Below are positions 1-13,400 of a DNA stretch of 64,000 nt, in pieces. A model generated the notes under the pieces. That model saw only the letters and a program-made list of their open reading frames with translations. It had not been told where the DNA came from and searched no databases. A program made the position numbers and the translations under genes. The stretch lies in NCBI GenBank assembly GCA_012295275.1, contig CM022669.1:16368001-16432000 (forward strand), read 5' to 3'. The stretch comes from Chrysomallon squamiferum. Lineage: Eukaryota; Animalia; Mollusca. Positions within the stretch are counted from its first letter, which is position 1; each line of letters opens with the position of its first letter.

Positions 1-41
1 CCAGTCGTTTGACTGTCGAAAACAGATATAATTTGAAACAT
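1..41 (-). CDS. Possible first coding exon of a PEX11-like peroxin, running off the window edge
   Basis: The minus-strand ATG at 41-39 reads MFQIISVFDSQTTG(G..) to the edge. This resembles the PEX11 N-terminal F-x-x-Q-T-x-G-R-D pattern, and PEX11A is head-to-head with WDR93 in human. Only about 14 codons are visible. Confidence 0.35.
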   Translation of the reverse strand, partial: MFQIISVFDSQTT

Positions 42-52
42 GACCCGATTCA

Positions 53-67
53 GTTGTTAATGGTAAC
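53..67. promoter_or_regulatory. RFX X-box-like element upstream of WDR93
   Basis: GTTGTT-AAT-GGTAAC fits a relaxed X-box (GTHNYY N0-3 RRNAAC), about 240 bp upstream of the ATG of a ciliary gene. A YY1-like AAAATGGCCG lies at about 120-129. Confidence 0.4.
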
Positions 68-307
68 GAATCGGTAGTTTTCGGTCAATTGTAATACGAC
101 CAGCGCAAAGATTTGTTGAAAAATGGCCGACGTAGTTACGAACATGATGTCTGTGCACACTGGAGTTTATGTTGCTTCGTTTTAGTTGTTTACATTCGTC
201 TATATCTGTTATATCAGTTAGGACGGTGGTTTAATATAAAAAAAGATAATAATAATAATTAGATTAACCGGCAATATATCCGTTAGTGCTATTCATCGAT
301 AAGAAAC

Positions 308-749
308 ATGCCGGTGTATGTAAGAAAAAATGTGTTTACCCCACCTTCGCTGGATAATGTTTCCAGTGAAGAAGAGGATGATTATCTACAGGATCCAGAG
401 CTCCTTAAGGATGTGTTGCCTCAGCCTTATCGTATGATTGACAAAATTGTAAACTTAGTTCTTGATACGGTATGGGACATCATATCAATAAAAGAAAGAT
501 TAAAGATAGCGCAGGAAAGCAAAATTAGGCCGCCTCGATATGATTGTGCTGTTGAAATGCAGGTATAGTCATCAGTGTGACAATCTTCTTTTTTTAAAAC
601 CTGTTTTTGTTAATTAAAATAATAAATTAATTATATTTTATATAATGCAAATATTATTTGAATAATAAAAATAAAAAGTTGTATTACATAAACAATTCAG
701 CTATTACATACAGACAAAAGAGAATGGCATAAATACATACATACACATA

Positions 750-820
<71 letters not shown>

Positions 821-861
821 TTATGTATCTATATATGTACATGTATCTATGTATATGTATG

Positions 862-892
<31 letters not shown>

Positions 893-912
893 ATACACAT
901 ATGCATGCATAC

Positions 913-946
<34 letters not shown>

Positions 947-1180
947 GTGTATATATATATGTATATATATATATATATATATACACACATCTATTATTTG
1001 AAAGAAAAGAAAAAAAAGGTGTATTTCATAAACAATTCAGCTATTACATTACAGAAAAAAAGAGCATGGCATAAATATATTCATACACGCATAATTATAT
1101 ATATATGTATGTATATATATATATATATAGATACACATATACATGCATACATACATACATACATATATATATAGAGAGAG

Positions 1181-1218
<38 letters not shown>

Positions 1219-1945
1219 CATATACACACTCACACACATACATATACATACGAGCATAAATCATAATGCAAATATAATAATTTTGATTTTAAAAGCCACC
1301 AGTGTATTTATTTAATGCAATTACATATCTCTACATGTATATATTTATATATTTTATTTTCTATCATATCATAATCATATCATATCATAATAATGTATGT
1401 ATTTTTGATCCAGCCAAATTTCAATAAAGTAACAGCAATGACCGACAGTGTTGATGGCCGATACATCTTTGTTGGACTACCTAACAGTCTGGTCGTGCTG
1501 GATCCTGAAAACAAGCGTCAGATCGTCTCATGGGAGGAAAAGGATGTTGATATCACACACATCAAAGCACATATAATTGGTGTACAGACTTACCTCATTG
1601 TCACTATCGATGACATGGGTGAGTTTGAGTGCGGCATTTGAGATTAATAACAGAGAAAATAATTAAACAGACAACAGTGTTTTCAGCTGGAACAGCTGCA
1701 TAAGCTATTAAATGAATTGTGGATTATTGATAGGGTATTAGCATTATGCATGACTGCTGGGTCGGTTATCACTGTTCCTGTTAGGTAGTTCTGTATACTG
1801 TAGAATTATGATTATAAAACAAATATTACTAAATAAATATATGTTATTAATTTCTTTTAGTTTATTTATTTAATTATTATTATTATTCATTAATTATTTG
1901 ATTGTCTGTTTGTCTATTTATTCATGTATTTATGTATTTGTGTAT

Positions 1946-1988
<43 letters not shown>

Positions 1989-2755
1989 TTTTAACTTTCT
2001 GGAGTGTTTTTGACTTCCCATTACCTTTAATGGTTGTAATACATTCTGTGCTATAATTAAAATTGTTTTCCATTTGATTGTGATTTTTATCTCAGAAATG
2101 AAGAGGTTAAATTAGATATTAAATGTCTTTTTCTTATTAATTATATTTCATCATTCTACTTTCAGTTATGCATACATAATCAATTGTGCAATATATATAT
2201 ATATATATTCTTTTTATTTTTTTATTATATGTATAATTATATCTATAGAAAGTTTTATCTTCTTTTTTGAATTTTCAGGTATTGCAAGGATATTTGCATT
2301 TGGTTTTGATTACCTCTTTTTGCTAAAAGTTCTGAATGAACCAGTGAGTTGACACAATGTCATATTTATTTACCTTAAGTTAAAAGTATGCTCATAGTTA
2401 AATAATCTTGAATACTTGTCATGTTATTGTTTAATTTTAAAAAAATTTGGAATGATTTCAAGCATTATTTTCTTAACTTTATCAATTTTTTATTTTTGTT
2501 TGTTCAATCATTTTTTATTATTATTTTTTTAATGATTTTATTTATTTTTTATAATTTTATTTATAGGATGGTGGAACCAAACTTTTGGCAACCAAATGTG
2601 AAGCATCCGTTGAGGGCGATTACATTGGTATTGTGCTAGAGAGTATGTGGATCTTTATAGTTTTGTGCATAATCTGTTATACCATTAATTCTGAATGTGT
2701 ATAAATGGCTGTCTGTGCTTCTTTTCACAACCTTTCATACTGTTTCACACAAACA

Positions 2756-2854
<99 letters not shown>

Positions 2855-4166
2855 TACTGTCTTACTGTCTCTCTGTCTCTCTCTCTCATTCCTCAGTCAG
2901 TGTCACTTTGTGTATCTCTCTGTCTAACTATCAGTCCGTCTCTTCTTTTCGCATTTTTTTTGTTTGTCTTTTTCTCTATCTCTGTGTGTGTATTCCAGTG
3001 AATCTTTTTATGTATTTTATATCAGATCCAGGTAATCAAGAAACGTGGCTGGACATCTACAAAACTCCACGAGATGCATGGCTAAGAGAGCTAGAAAGTA
3101 TTCAGGTTCAAATTGCCCCAAAGCAGTCATTTGTATTTGGTCAGGTATGCATATTTCTAATATAAACTGTGTTTTAAGTACTGCTGACAAATTCTCGCTG
3201 TTCAGTTATTTTTGATTCTGGATGTTTGTTAAATGCTTCTGAAATATTATTACTGTGTAATGTGTGTGCATGCCTGTATGTTTGTGCATGTGTGTGTGTG
3301 TGTGTCTGAATGTGTCTAAATCTGTATCTGTCTTTCTCTGTGTCCTAGGATTTCATTAATACTGGTCCCCTAACATAACATGTAAACTAAATTTATTTTC
3401 CATTAAATTACGTTTTCTTTCTTGAATTTAGTTTTATTTATTTATTTTATTTTATTTGCAGGAAAGCAATACAGAAGGTCTGAATGTAGTTTTACAGGAA
3501 AAAGACACGCCGGTATTAGTTTTATACAGTTTTATTTAAAAAATATTTTTAAAATATTTAAATTTTGTTTTTAATACATATAATAATTTTTATACTTTTT
3601 TATTCTTTATTTGGAAGTTTTGTAGTTATTTTATCTTAAATGGTCTTTGCAGTCATTCTTGGATATTAAAAAGATATGACATTCATGACATAAGTAAATT
3701 TGGTGTACTAAATAATCTTGTGTTTTTATATTGGTCTTTCATATCTTATAGGTATTTGAATATTAACATTTTATCCATGAAATTATTTGATGATCTTTAT
3801 TTGCTGTTTTATGTAACTTATTTATTTATTTGTTTTTTTAATTTTTAATTTAATGTTTTTTAATTTAATTTTATTATATTTCTTCTTGTTGTTGTTACAA
3901 TTATAATAATTATTATTATTAATGCTGTTGTTATTGTTATATTATTTCTAATTATCATTAAAAACATATTTTTTTTTATTTCACATCTGTTTTTTTTCTT
4001 TTCTTTTTTTCATTTGTTCTAGGATAAGACAGAAAGGAGAAAGGTACGACATTATCAGCTCTGTAAATATTTTCATATTGGTTTTATTTCTGTTTACATA
4101 GTGTACAATCATTTTATTAAAGCTTAGAAACACTCACACACTCCTTTAGACTTGTTTTGGTGTGTC

Positions 4167-4214
<48 letters not shown>

Positions 4215-4789
4215 TATTTGTATCACTTCTTTTGTTAAACAGTAATCAGTTCTGTATGATTTTCTTAATTTCACATAATTATATCACTTCTCTTTTCACA
4301 CTTAACAAATTCTTTATAATGTGGCAAAAAGCAAAATTAATCAATTTATTTGCAGCTTTTGATGGTTGATTTACACGTCATACATTTTTTTTTTTAATCA
4401 CTGAAAGTTATGTTTTCAGTATTTCTGTCATTCCTGTGTTTATGTATCACTGATTTTTTCGATAGGACAAGCTAAGAAAGAAAAAGAAAGTAAGACTAAA
4501 TATAACTGTCATAGTTGGTTAGCTTGAGTTTAGTTTTTGATTAACTGAAATAGTTTTATGTTGTCTAATGTTAATAGTTATACAGAAATTAATTTTAGTA
4601 TTATTTATTTATTTTTTTTATTATTTTATTACTTTTGCTTTTCTTGATTTTTAATATTTTTTTAGTTATATCTTTTTTTTTTCACTTGATACAGAAAAAG
4701 TATTAATTAATAGCTTTTTAGGTTAGTTTTAGTATTCCATAAATTTAGAATTATTTGTTTCTGTCATTGTTTTTATTGTTATTTTATTC

Positions 4790-4849
<60 letters not shown>

Positions 4850-5376
4850 GTCTGTACTACTGTTATTTTTACAGAAAGAGAGAGAAAACTGAGTGAAAGT
4901 GAGAAAGATATACAGTTTTAAAATGAAACAATTTTAATTTTAAACCAGTTTAATTTTCATCAAAAATTTTAATATAAAAACTAAATAAAATATGCATGGC
5001 ATTTCAAAGCACCACATAATATAACGAGATGATTTATTTTCATTGTGATTATTTGTAAGAATGTTTCAAATTATTAATATTTTTTACTCTTATTTTTAGT
5101 ACCTTTTTATTATTTGTATATTTATAATAGTTTATTTACAAAGTTTTACATGAATATATTTTGTTTATTTGTCTGAAGGATATTTTGTTTATTTTTATCA
5201 ATGGTCTGGGAAATTTTTAATATTTTTACTTTTTACTTCTTTTTTTCCCCCACCTTTTTTAAACGATTTAATTTACATAAATCTTTTTTCTTTTTTCAAA
5301 TTAAATATTTTCTTTTATTATTATTTTTTATTGTTGTTGTTGTTATGTTTTATTTGAAATTTATTTATATATTACT

Positions 5377-5443
<67 letters not shown>

Positions 5444-5826
5444 TTATTATTTATTTTTTTTTATTGTTTTATGTTGTTATTTTATTTTATTTTTTTCTAT
5501 TTTTTTTTTTTTTTTTTTTTATTTGTTAAAATAATTATATTGCTAACTGAATATATAGTTGACTTTCAAAATGTGCATTGTTAGTTACTGCTTTTGTATT
5601 AGTGATCAAGGTATTTATATACTGTATTTAATTATGTACATGTGTTTGGTGCATTCATCATTCTTTATCTTGTCTGTTTTCTCAAGTTTTTATTACATTA
5701 TTTTGTTTTAAAATGATTTCTGTCAACAACTTTTATAATTTATTCTTAATGTACATGAGAGGTGTACCTTTTTGTGCATATGTTGCCATTGTTATTCTTT
5801 TTAATTTTAATATTTTATTTTGTGTG

Positions 5827-5861
<35 letters not shown>

Positions 5862-7361
5862 GATTGTTGTATCTATTTGAGTGGACCTGCATGTATAATC
5901 ATATATATATATATAATATGCACCTGATTATATACCATGTTAATGTTTAAATGCCAGTTACACTATAGTGATGTTTCAAGATTATGCATGTAACAAAAAA
6001 AGCAGTTGTGTCTCATTTATAACAAGGAGAATATTACAGGCAGATAAAAAGTTAAGCAGAAATGTGTTTTTATGTTTACAGTCGACTTATGTTGTTAAAC
6101 AATTATCATAAATACATTTCGTATACTTTTAATTGTTGTTTTTATGTTTTTTTTATTTCATTTCATTTTATTTTAAATTTTTTAAAAAATGTTCTCTTAT
6201 TATTTTTAAATTTTACTAGTATTATTTCTCTTATTAGTTTTGGTTCTTGTTGTTTTTGCAACTGTTTGTGTTAATTATTGAAGTATCACAATAATAATAT
6301 CCCCTTTATAACAGATACATTATTTGTCTTATCAAAAAACTTACTAATTATATAAATTTTTTGCTGTTAAAAAAGTATTAAATTTGATTCCCTAATTTTA
6401 TGTCTGGTATATAATATTATGTTAACTTTTTTTATATTAATGTATTTGTTTCTCAGCTGTTGTCAGTTTATACCAATATTTTACACCTTGTTAATGGATT
6501 ATTTATTCAAATGTTTTAATTAACAAATTATGGTCTTAGAAAGTATTTAGGTTTGTATACTTTATATTGCTATTTTCTTTACGTCTGGAACTTCTTTATT
6601 GTTTAAGATGTCTGAGGTCATTTATAACCATTTCTGTTTCCCACTGTTGTTTGAAAAACAATAGTAAATACTCTCCTTTCTGTTGGAATGTACATTTAAA
6701 ATACCTCTAACTGCTGCCTTGGATTTGTAGCATACAGTTTTATCTCTTATTTGATTATTATTTTTAAAAAAACAATAAAAAAAACAACCTATTTGAAATT
6801 GAAAAAAACATAAAGCTTTTATTAAAGAAATATTCATTCCATAGATTTGTTTATCTGTAACTAAATAATTTCTATTAAATACAATTTTTTTTTTGTAGAG
6901 TGTTGATCAGACAAAGAGATCTGGTTCCCCTACTATTCAAACTGCAGCTGATATCGCTAACTTCAAGTTTTCAGCTCCAAGTCAAGTGTTGAAAGTGCGG
7001 CCTCCGCCTAACATAACTGGTTTGTGAAGTCTTGCGTTATTTAAACTGTAATTTGACTGACAGTTTAATTACTGGATTATTTTTTTATTTTTTTTTTTTC
7101 TGTAAATTTTATTTTAATTTATTATATTATCTTTCTTTTTTTTTTAAATTTTATTTTATTTTATTTTTTACTTTTTAAATCCTTTTTTCTTTTTTTTTCT
7201 AATTATTTTGACATCACGGAATATGTTTAAATTTATATTTTTTATTTAATTTTATTCTTTTATTTTGCACTTCTGCCTTTTTTTTTCTCTTTTTATTTTA
7301 ATCAATTTGTTTTTATTACAATTTTAATTTTAATTTCTAATTATTATTATTGTTATTTTTA

Positions 7362-7393
<32 letters not shown>

Positions 7394-7462
7394 GTTGTTG
7401 TTGTTATTGTTGTTGACATCATCATTGTCATCATCATAATTGTCATTATTATTATCATCATC

Positions 7463-7500
<38 letters not shown>

Positions 7501-7505
7501 CATTA

Positions 7506-7551
<46 letters not shown>

Positions 7552-8658
7552 GTTATTATTCAGGTTGTTCTTGTTCCTTGACAATTGCCTGTCAGAAGGT
7601 GGATCATGGGGAGGTGATTGGCTCGGGTCAGAACCACATTGTGACACCACAACACTTTAACCAGCGAGACAAGATGTTTAACCACCTCCATGAAAACTTG
7701 CTTCAGTACATGCCACCAAAAGACCCACTGGCTGAAGAAAACATTGTGTAAGATTCAGAGCAGCCATTTTGGAAATATGCCTTTACGATATTTAACAATT
7801 CTAAATTTAGTTAAATATCTGTTTTAAAAGCAAAAATATTGGAATATGCTTTTTCCTAGGATTTACGTAGAGCATTTAGTCTTTTTGTTGGGCTTTTTCT
7901 CACTTTTCTTTTATTTGTATGGGTTTCTGTGTGTGTGTGTATGTGTGTGTGGAGGTGAGGTGGGGGAGTGAGGTACAGAGAGAAAGAGACGGAGATAGAG
8001 CCAAAAGAAACAGACAAGAGAGAGGTAAAAACAGAGAGATAACATTACTCTTTATAACATTATATTGAAATTTATGAGTAAAAAATTACCGGTTTCAAAT
8101 TCTAAATGTTATTAATGCTTCTAATTGCAGAATGCCGTCTTTTCATTTCCTAACTTCTGGACGAATGATGACAGTAGGGCTGGAAAATATTAGTAATATA
8201 GGTAAAAGTCATCACCTTCTTTTGTGATTGTTTCAGGAATGTATTTTCACCTACCATGTTGAATAATAGTAAAATCTGTGACCTATCTGTGACATATCTA
8301 TTCAATAATCCAAATATTTAGAAAAAAAAAAATGTATCTGTTCTTTGTAAAATAATTAATTCCTTTTTGTTACAATTTTTTTTTTTTATTAAAGTTAATG
8401 GCTAACTTTAAAGTATTGTTGTTGGGTTTTTTTGTGTGGTTTTTGTTAAGTAGAGATCTGTGTTTTAGATTTTGCATATTTTCTTAAAGCACCCTTAACA
8501 TGGAAAAGGTAGAGGCATTTATTGATATTTCTGTGCATGCAGCAGATAATAACTCAAATCTCAGAATTCATTTTATGGATTTTTTTTATATAGTTACTTC
8601 ATAAAATTTTAAATAATGTAAAGGCAGCTTAATTTGTTGCTAGTAACATATGGATTTA

Positions 8659-8736
<78 letters not shown>

Positions 8737-9561
8737 TTTTACTATTTTTTTTTTTAGGTCAACCTACAAGTGTGGCTGTGTGGTGGGATGGTGATTCTCA
8801 CATAATGCACTATTCTCTCCTGAAAACAGCCAAAGGTTTGTATCCTTTCATTATCATTTACTCTTTATTTTAATTTTGTAATACTTAAAAAAGATAAGCA
8901 TAATTATTATGTCACTGACTTTTGTTTTAAATTTTTTTTTTTTTTTTAATTATATATATATATATACTTTTTTATGTTTCATTTTTGGTCTTATTTATTT
9001 TTTTTTTATTTAATTATTTGTTTGTTTGTTTGATTGCATACTTACTTATTTTATTTTATTTATTTTGTATTTATTATTTTTATTTAATAAACTTAATATC
9101 AAATAAATTAATATTACAGCAATTTATAGTTTCAGACTTTAAGGTTAACTGAAATATTATTTCTAGAATTAAACAACATTAAAAAATATTAAATAAAGAA
9201 CATCACATTAAATTAATTAATGTTGCACGAATTTAAGATGAACACTAATTACACAAATTACAAAAATTTAACCATTCCTTCTAAATAATACATACTACAA
9301 CAATTTAACATTATAAATAAATTAATTAAGGTATGAAGACTGTAACTTAATAATCCCTGACAATAAATGGAAGATAATGTAGTTTATCTGCTTATTGTTT
9401 TTGTCACAGATTTGGAACATAAAGCAGATCTGGTTTGGCCATTCAGCTGGAATATTAAATGTACAGCCATGACACCTTGCAGCAGTTTCATAGCTGTTGG
9501 TTTAGAAAATGGGACAGTCACAGTGTGGGACTGGAACCTTGGTAAGCTGCAAAAATTAAAT

Positions 9562-9604
<43 letters not shown>

Positions 9605-9692
9605 TACAGTGATCCATATATTTATAGATATATGAATATATTTTTCATGTTTTTTTTAAAATTATTTTATTTTTTATTTTTTATTATTTAGA

Positions 9693-9724
<32 letters not shown>

Positions 9725-10519
9725 TAGTATATATGTATTTTTATATGTGTGTGTGTCAGAGATATCAAACTGATCTATATATTTATATATACATGAGTTT
9801 TATTTTCAGGTTTTTTTAAAATTGTTTTACTTGCGTGTGTGTGTTTATATACATAGTCATAACTTAGAGTATGTTTTGTTTAAATATAATTAGATACCCT
9901 TACGGTATGGAGATGGACTATGATTTACATTTTGCAGTGTATGTGTCTGTGAGATTGAGATAGATACAGAAATAAATATAGATATGGATATATAGAGACA
10001 TATATAAATATAAATATAGACATAGAAAGACACATAAATGCATTTATTCATACATTAACTTATTCAGCCATTATCTCTTGTTGTTGTTTGTTTTTCTGTG
10101 TTTTGGGGGTTTTAAAAAAAAAAAATTTAATTCTGTTTTAGGAATTGACCAGGGTGTGATATGTGTGTGTGCAGAGAACAGCATTGAGCGTCTGCTGTTT
10201 CTGGACCCACGTATCTGTGACAATGAAAATCTCAGCTACCCACCTTACAAGACTCGGGCTTCTACTTACTTACTCATCCAGTGCAAAAACGGCAGTCAGT
10301 ACCTTCACAACACCTCCGCAGGTTCATCTGTCATCCCAATGTGTATTGCTGAAGAGTGAGTTCAAGAAGCAGAAATATTCACTTCATTTTCACTTTTATA
10401 TATCTGTGTATCTCTATTACACGCTCGCTCTTTCTCTGTATCTTTAATGCAATATTTTTCTCTCTGTCTCTGCCTCTGTACGTGTGCGACTGCGTTTATT
10501 TCTCTGTGCGAGTGTCTTT

Positions 10520-10563
<44 letters not shown>

Positions 10564-10669
10564 TTGTGCATGCAGGAGCATATATTTTTTTATATGGTTA
10601 ATGTATGCATGTGCAGGTGTGAGGTATGAGTGTATGTGTGTTTCTTTGCTTGTTTGTATGTATGCAAGA

Positions 10670-10701
<32 letters not shown>

Positions 10702-11606
10702 CCTAAGTGCATGTGCATCATGTTTTCATGTAAGAATTTCACAAGAAACATACAAAATAACAGTTCTTATCTTAAACAACTTTCTCATTTTTTTTTTCAT
10801 TTTCACAGGACAGTAATATTAATAATATTTGATGACCTATAAAATACATTATAATCAATATCTAAGAAAATGTTTATGTTTTTCACAGACCTGAAGATGA
10901 TGATGAGCATGAAACCATACTTGAAACAATGACTAGTCTGCCTGAAGTAGTAAGTTCTAAATATTTAATTAGTAAATACTAACAGCTCCAAAACAAGTCT
11001 ACAGAATCTTAATTAGTATTCATATAACTTAAGATAATCACTTTTAATAGTTTGGAAATATTCAGAGTAATGAACTAAACCTTTTTTCTTTGTTTTCTTT
11101 TCATGTTAAAGTGTTTGTGCGTATTCATTTTTCATTTTTTATTATTTTTTTTTTATTTTTTATTTTTTTTTTTTAAATTTTAATATTCTTTTTAAGGTTT
11201 AAGGTTTATGTGAAGTGGGTTTGGTAAATATTATATACAGATTAAAAAAACTTGTAAACTATTAGATTAATATATATATATATATTTTTTTTAATATTTA
11301 TTATTACATTGTTACAGAAATTATATTGTCTTTTTTGTTGTTTTTAATTTTAATTTTAGTTTCAATTTCAATTTCTGTTTCTATTTCAATTTTTAATTTT
11401 AATTTTAATTTTTGTTAAATTGTTTTCAGCTGCTGGTAGTTGAGAAGAGTGGTAACCTAATTTTGAAAGACGTCACTAATGGCACTAAACTGTGTCAGCT
11501 GTGTCTTCCAGTTACTTATAAACTCTCGTCACCTTGGCAACCAATTTTCGCTTTTGGGGGTGGAGGACAGACAATGTTTATCAAAGGTAAGCTAATTATA
11601 TTATTA

Positions 11607-11666
<60 letters not shown>

Positions 11667-12441
11667 TATTATTATTAATGTTATTATTATTAGTAATTAA
11701 AAATATTATCACACAGGTATAATTTTATCACAAATTGTAAAACTTTCATATTAATCTGGAAGCAAAAACCAAAACGAAGAGCTATATAGTATATATATAT
11801 ATATGCATAGATGAAATTTTCATCACAGCTTTTAATTTAGTATTTTCAAACATTCATTTATTCATTCATTCCAACAGGAGAACTGTTATACTCAGACATC
11901 GAGCCTGAAATAGAAATGGAATCTGAATCCAAAATGGACACAGATATCGAAAAAACAGTTGAAGCCACGACAACATCTTCTACAGTGACAACAATCACAC
12001 TGTCCAAGTCCGAGTCTAAACCAGGTAACCAGGAGACCACTGAAAACGATGATGACGATGATGATGATGGTGATGAAGTCAAAGAGACGAAATCTGCACC
12101 TGTCTGCACATCGCAGATGTTCTACTTCCCGCTGGAGTCATTCCCAACGTTGGACAGGTACTGGGAACGCAGAAGAAAACATCAGGATCTGAAGATTCGT
12201 CCAACCGTGGAGAAAAGATTAGAAACATTAATGGCAAGCAGGCAAGTTGAAACTGTTTGTTTACAACTCGTGGGTTTGTATTTTCTGATTGAGAATTTGA
12301 ACCGACTGCTAAAAAAAAAAAGAAAATATGTTACTTATTTCATTTTGTTTTGTTAATGTTCACATCTAGATGGATGGATGTACAGGATAAAGAGACAGAT
12401 CCATTAAAATGTACTGAGAGGGAGATGGAGAGGGAAACAGT

Positions 12442-12473
<32 letters not shown>

Positions 12474-12482
12474 GAGAGACAC

Positions 12483-12581
<99 letters not shown>

Positions 12582-12909
12582 GTGAGTGAGTGAGTGAGTC
12601 TATGTGTGGTATATATGTGAAGGTATGTGTATTTGAAAAAAAAAGGCTGAGTTTCATACTGTCTATAATTCAAAAGATTATTCATTAACAGAGAATATAT
12701 CTAACTTTGTTTTCTTTTATATAACGTTGCTTGTATTGTTGGCATTAATAATTTGGTGACATTTATCTTTTTTAACAAGATGGGAAGAGCAAATGTTGAG
12801 AAAACCTCGTATGCAGATGAGATGGAAGATGCTCAGAGAAGAACTGGATCTCGTTCACCTACGCAGAGACATGACCAACAAAAGTCTGGCACAGACCTTT
12901 TATGTATGA
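308..12909 (+). CDS. WDR93: WD repeat-containing protein 93-like (ciliary central-apparatus protein), about 775 aa
   Basis: Phase-consistent exons: 308-562, 1414-1618, 2279-2343, 2567-2642, 3026-3144, 3462-3512, 4023-4043, 4466-4489, 6899-7019, 7564-7747, 8131-8201, 8758-8835, 9410-9541, 10142-10355, 10889-10949, 11430-11586, 11878-12241 (GC donor), 12780-12909 (TGA). Recognisable WDR93 motifs: [75 protein letters not shown]. Confidence 0.88.
680..1255 (+). repeat. Tandem duplication (about 340-bp unit) carrying TA/TG microsatellites in WDR93 intron 1
   Basis: GTATT(A/T)CATAAACAATTCAGCTATTACAT...ATGGCATAAATA occurs at about 681 and again at about 1021, each copy followed by (TA)n/(CATA)n tracts. 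Confidence 0.75.
2752..2890 (+). repeat. (CA)n-(CT)n microsatellite
   Basis: Direct inspection. Confidence 0.9.
7340..7560 (+). repeat. Compound (ATT)n/(GTT)n/(ATC)n trinucleotide microsatellite running up to an acceptor site
   Basis: Direct inspection. It ends at the CAG acceptor at 7561-7563. Confidence 0.9.
12440..12600 (+). repeat. (AG)n microsatellite in the GC-AG intron
   Basis: Direct inspection. Confidence 0.9.
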
Positions 12910-12939
12910 ATGACAATAAGTCACTTTAGTTTCTTCTTT

Positions 12940-13400
12940 AGCCAATTAACTTATAGTTTAACTTTCAGGTATATAAGAATACATGAAATTTATTAGGCAC
13001 GTCATATCATCTAGGTATATAATAAAAATATTAAATATGTAATTTCTTTAATATCTAGGTATATAAGAATTATTAAATTTGTGTTTGTTTTTATTAGTTA
13101 TGCCATAGATTGCTTAAATTTTGGGTTTTATAGGAAAATACGCAAATTTGTTGTGACGTTAGCAGTCATGTCACAGATAGTTTAATGTATAGCTTTATAA
13201 ACAAATATTAAATTTTTATATTCTTTATTAGTTAGATTATAGTAGCTAAACCTTTTGTATCTAAGAAATAAACAAATTGCAGTAGTGATTGAGCCCAATA
13301 GTTTATAGTTCTGTATAATTAGGTAAGCAAATTTATAACGAATTTTTTTTTTCAGTCAACACGTGATAGCTTAATGTCTACATTTCTGAGAGTTGGCAGG
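12940..13400 (+). repeat. Decayed tandem repeat (period about 45-70 bp) in the WDR93 3' UTR
   Basis: A recurring unit TAG(T/C)TTAA...TATA(T)AAGAA(A)TA...AAATTT is visible near 12955, 13010, 13055, 13110, 13177, 13243 and 13298. Confidence 0.5.

Noticed and set aside
753-1264. Several 70-100 aa ORFs rich in Y/I/C/V/H/T
   Set aside because: They are translations of (TA)n/(TG)n microsatellites inside WDR93 intron 1. The same applies to similar ORFs throughout the window.
6040-6063. Possible extra WDR93 microexon ADKKLSRN
   Set aside because: Phase-compatible, but it has a weak polypyrimidine tract and a poor donor (gtgttt). It cannot be supported without transcripts.
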